Source: Blastocatellia bacterium
GTDB taxonomy: Bacteria; Acidobacteriota; Blastocatellia; RBC074
Direction: 5' to 3'
Length of the DNA: 64,000 nucleotides
Assembly: GCA_046331565.1 (NCBI GenBank)
Contig: JAXLQP010000007.1
Span: 97,634 to 161,633 of the forward strand
Shown: in pieces, positions 61,601-64,000 of the stretch
Layout of the letters: every line of letters starts with the position of its first letter
Position numbering within the stretch: the stretch's first letter is position 1
The notes under the pieces: model-generated
What the model was told of the DNA's origin: nothing
The model's input: the letters and a program-made list of their open reading frames with translations, nothing else
Databases searched by the model: none
Program-made: the position numbers and the translations under genes

Positions 61601-61849
61601 ATAAAAAACGTAAGGGTTGCTGTCAACGCCCGCGATGTCATCAATGCGTCCGCCCATACTGGCCGGGCCAATGCCGCGCCAGACGAATTTTTTCAGCAGC
61701 GGGTCATCCGACTGATTGACCGGAGGCTTTGCGGGCTGCTGTTCCTGCTGAAACGGCGACTGCGCCAGCCCTGACAGCGGGGAACACAGCAGGCACAGCG
61801 CCAGCGTAAAAATGGTCGTCCGACGCAGAAAGCGTACTTTCCCTTGCAT
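58643..61849 (-). CDS. Secreted VPS10/BNR-repeat (Asp-box) beta-propeller glycosyl hydrolase-like protein
   Basis: WRGIGPASMGGRI.DI, many S/T.DGG.TW Asp boxes, GGLQDNGSW.GPS and GTHGRGIYI.DD. ATG 61849. Confidence 0.88.
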   Translation of the reverse strand: MQGKVRFLRRTTIFTLALCLLCSPLSGLAQSPFQQEQQPAKPPVNQSDDPLLKKFVWRGIGPASMGGRIDDIAGVDSNPYVFYVAFATGGLWKTINNGTTFEPVFDTYSTHSIGDVAVCQSDPNILWVGTGEPNNRQSSSFGDGIYKSTDGGKTWANMGLKETQTIARVVIDPKDANTVYVAALGHLFGPNKERGIYKTTDGGKSWNLVKFIDENTGFTDLVIDPVDTKTLYAASYQRRRTAAGFNGGGPGSALWKTVDAGKTWTKMEGGGLPEGLLGRIGIDLARSNPNVIYAQMEVGASNGTGVPEETPGGQPTPQSMQQAMQERAEAMGFGQPSNKPPDPKKSGIWRSDDKGKTWRVVSNNNNRPMYYSQIRVDPSNPEIVYTGGLNFTKSTDGGKTFKNVQGIAHSDHHAIWINPKNGSNVIIGNDGGLDISYDQGETWEFVNTIPAAQFYAVSADMRKPYFVCGGLQDNGSWCGPSAVRMGGGGFGGGGGAAGITNADWFRVGGGDGFYTLNDPTDYNIIYAESQNGAIQRLDLRTGQSRSIRPRAAQRPRGPAARQSEPNPEQTPATQPNVSAQSSAQITMPTVRPMQQNQQAQGGQADQMQMMMMMQGGGFGGGNPMQSNIVPAPPVGEQYRFYWNTPVIISPHNPRTLYVGANRLFKSLDRGDTWTFASPDLTKQIDRSTLPIMGVDGKAPMASKHDGYANNSVITTIAESPVLPGVLWVGTDDGNLQLSRDGGTTWTNVSKNISGAPEGYVQISRVEPSHFEAGTCYVTLDNHRNDDLKPYAYVTRDYGATWSSVTGNLPNGSINVIREDLKNKNLLFVGAEFGLFVSLDGGKDWKKFMTGMPMVRVDDILIHPRDNDLIAGTHGRGIYICDDITPLEQLSEKVMLADAHLFDVRPGVQWLNDATLSRSVGGAKVFRGQNLPPGTAISYFLKSAPSGEVKVTVTDITGKVVRNITGTKEAGLNRVQWNLRGDPPPRPAGFPGGPQATENPPGSNQPPGAQPGQQPAGQQPAGQGRGGGGGRFAFAGPALEPGTYLVKLSVDGKEMTTRVVIEADTWKNQ

Positions 61850-62119
61850 GGCAACTATCCTTTCCAGAGTTGAGGAGTGAAACTGCACGAATGAATGGAA
61901 TCCCAGCGGCAATTATCAAAGCACAGCCCGCGCCAACGCGCCAGTCTTTAAGGAAAGAATTCAGTGAAGCCGCTGCCTGTCAGACGGGAGGAGTGCTGGT
62001 TTAATGAATGCTCGCGGCATTTCTGCGCAGGCGGCAATGTTCTTTGCCGCCGGGTTATGGTAAGAGAACAGGCGAAGTATCCAGGCCACCACTGACTGCA
62101 ACCACACAGGCGAAAAACT

Positions 62120-64000
62120 ATGATGAACCGCAATCGCATTCTGCCCTTACTGCTGCTGACATTGCTGACCCTTGTCCCGCTGCGGGCACAGGAGCGTGAC
62201 CCAAGGCTGCTGACGCTCGAACGCATCTTCAGTGCACGCGATTTTGCCACGCAGCCCTTTGGCCCGGCGCGCTGGATTGACGGCGGCGCGGGTTACACCA
62301 CCGTCGAACCGTCAGCGTCCACGAAGGACGGTTCCGACATCGTGCGTTACGACACTGCCAGCGGGCAGCGGCGGGTGCTGGTGGCGGCCTCGCAACTGAT
62401 CGCGCCGGGCGCGACAAAACCGCTCGACATTGATGATTATTCGTGGTCGGCGGATGGCAAACGGCTGCTGATTTTTACGAGTTCGCAGCGCGTCTGGCGA
62501 CAGAATACACGCGGCGATTATTACGTCCTTGATCTGAGCAGCGGCAGGCTCAGCAAAATCGGCAAAGACGCCAGACCATCAACGCTGATGTTCGCGCAAT
62601 TTTCGCCGGACGGGCGGCGCGTGGCTTATGTGCGCGAAAACAACATCTATGTCGAAGGCATTGATGACCACCGCCTCACGGCGCTGACGCGCGATGGTTC
62701 AGCCACGCTGATCAACGGCACTTTTGACTGGGTGTATGAAGAAGAATTCAGCCTGCGCAACGGCTTTCGCTGGAGTCCCGACGGCAGGCGCATCGCTTAC
62801 TGGCAGCTCGATTCCACCGGAGTTCCGCTCTTTCACCTCATCAACAACACCGATGCGCTCTATCCGAAACTGATTCCGATTCCGTATCCCAAAACGGGGC
62901 AGACCAATTCCGCCGCCCGCATCGGCGTCGTCAGCGCCGACGGCGGCAGGACGCAGTGGATGAATGTGCCGGGCGATCCGCGCAACCAGTACATTGCCGC
63001 GATGGAGTGGGCAGGCAATTCAGATGAACTGCTGATTCAGCAGCTCAATCGTTTGCAGAATGAAAATCAGGTGCGGTTGTGCGATGCCCGAACCGGGCAG
63101 ACCCGCCTCATTCTGACTGAGCGTGACCCGGCGTGGGTTGATGTGCGGATGGAAGATATTTATCGCCTGAACGGCGGGCGATCATTTACCTGGTCGAGCG
63201 AGCGTGACGGCTGGCGGCACGTTTATGTCGTGTCCCAGGCTGATCAGCAGGCCAGGCTGATTACGCCGGGCGATTTCGATGTGATTCAGGTCGAAGGCGT
63301 GGATGAAAAGAACGGCTGGTTGTATTTCGCCGCTTCGCCCGACAACGCGACGCAAAGATATTTGTACCGTGCGCGGCTCGATGGCAGCGGGCGACCTGAA
63401 CGGATCACGCCCGCCGTGCAATCAGGCACGCACACTTATGACATTTCGCCTGACGGGTTGTGGGCTTTTCATACTTATTCATCGTTTGAGACTCCGCCCC
63501 GCATTGATCTGATCAGGCTGCCGCAACACACCGCCATCAGGGCGCTCAGTGAAAACACCGAATTGCAGGCGCGCGTCAGACAGCTTCAGCGCAGCCCGGC
63601 TGAATTCTTTCGCGTCAATATCGGTGACAACGTGCAGCTTGACGGGTGGATGATCAAACCGCCCGGTTTTGACGCAACGAAGCGTTACCCGGTGCTGTTT
63701 CACGTTTACGGCGAACCGGCGGGGCAGACGGTGCTTGATCGCTGGGGCGGGCGAAATTATCTGTGGCATCTGATGCTGGCGCAGCAGGGTTACGTCATCA
63801 TCAGCGTGGACAATCGCGGCACGCCTGCGCCACGCGGGCGCGAATGGCGCAAGATGGTTTATCGCAAAATCGGCGTGCTGGCCTCGCAGGATCAGGCCGC
63901 TGCCGCGCGCGAAATCATCCGGTGGCCATTCGTTGATTCATCGCGCATCGGCATCTGGGGCTGGAGCGGCGGCGGTTCGATGAGTCTGAATATGATCTTT
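62120..64000 (+). CDS. Dipeptidyl peptidase IV (S9B) family, truncated by the window end and absent from the ORF track
   Basis: My translation from ATG 62120 gives MMNRNRILPLLLL signal, LTLERIFS, NGTFDWVYEEEF, WSPDG, YPKTG, YPVLFHVYGEP, DNRGT and RIGIWGWSGGG, in frame to 64000 (627 codons). Confidence 0.93.
   Translation, partial: MMNRNRILPLLLLTLLTLVPLRAQERDPRLLTLERIFSARDFATQPFGPARWIDGGAGYTTVEPSASTKDGSDIVRYDTASGQRRVLVAASQLIAPGATKPLDIDDYSWSADGKRLLIFTSSQRVWRQNTRGDYYVLDLSSGRLSKIGKDARPSTLMFAQFSPDGRRVAYVRENNIYVEGIDDHRLTALTRDGSATLINGTFDWVYEEEFSLRNGFRWSPDGRRIAYWQLDSTGVPLFHLINNTDALYPKLIPIPYPKTGQTNSAARIGVVSADGGRTQWMNVPGDPRNQYIAAMEWAGNSDELLIQQLNRLQNENQVRLCDARTGQTRLILTERDPAWVDVRMEDIYRLNGGRSFTWSSERDGWRHVYVVSQADQQARLITPGDFDVIQVEGVDEKNGWLYFAASPDNATQRYLYRARLDGSGRPERITPAVQSGTHTYDISPDGLWAFHTYSSFETPPRIDLIRLPQHTAIRALSENTELQARVRQLQRSPAEFFRVNIGDNVQLDGWMIKPPGFDATKRYPVLFHVYGEPAGQTVLDRWGGRNYLWHLMLAQQGYVIISVDNRGTPAPRGREWRKMVYRKIGVLASQDQAAAAREIIRWPFVDSSRIGIWGWSGGGSMSLNMIF

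Noticed and set aside
61920-62012. Weak sigma54-like sites in the divergent VPS10/DPP IV gap (TGGCGCGGGCTGTGCT on -, TGGTTTAATGAATGCT on +)
   Set aside because: Each has two or more mismatches to the consensus, which is within chance expectation.

Overview
A roughly 58% GC bacterial chromosome segment. Acidobacteriota (Blastocatellia-like) is my inference from gene content and repeat style; it is not verified. It holds about 50 credible CDSs. I found no rRNA, tRNA, CRISPR array or transposase. Main blocks in order: (1) two tandem plant-EXORDIUM/Phi-1-like secreted proteins; (2) a GH-like enzyme, RidA, adenosine deaminase, a DUF5916 outer-membrane protein and a serine hydrolase; (3) a sigma54-promoted stress operon (alpha/beta hydrolase, Hsp20, small hypotheticals, Prs, PRTase) divergent from a YbhB gene; (4) an orphan PAS kinase, then alkA and ada flanking an Aer2-type heme-PAS chemoreceptor; (5) DUF3810, squalene-hopene cyclase, a CruF/DUF422-like gene and Uma2; (6) two tandem OPT transporters; (7) a 20 kb envelope cluster (RSPP-tailed leader, CzcBA-like RND, TatA, DedA, DUF421, TolC, split MprF, BON, sigma54 kinase/NtrC pair); (8) cytochrome c peroxidase, cytochrome c, IorAB-like molybdoenzyme, a MetX-like hydrolase, a VPS10-type glycosidase and a DPP IV truncated by the window end. 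Six near-perfect sigma54 -24/-12 promoters and at least five families of intergenic palindromic or short-tandem repeats were read directly from the DNA. The best novelty candidates are the sigma54-driven RSPP leader upstream of the metal-RND genes, the sigma54 regulon with its envelope cluster, the DosR-like operon, the bacterial EXORDIUM pair and the shc-linked CruF-like gene.
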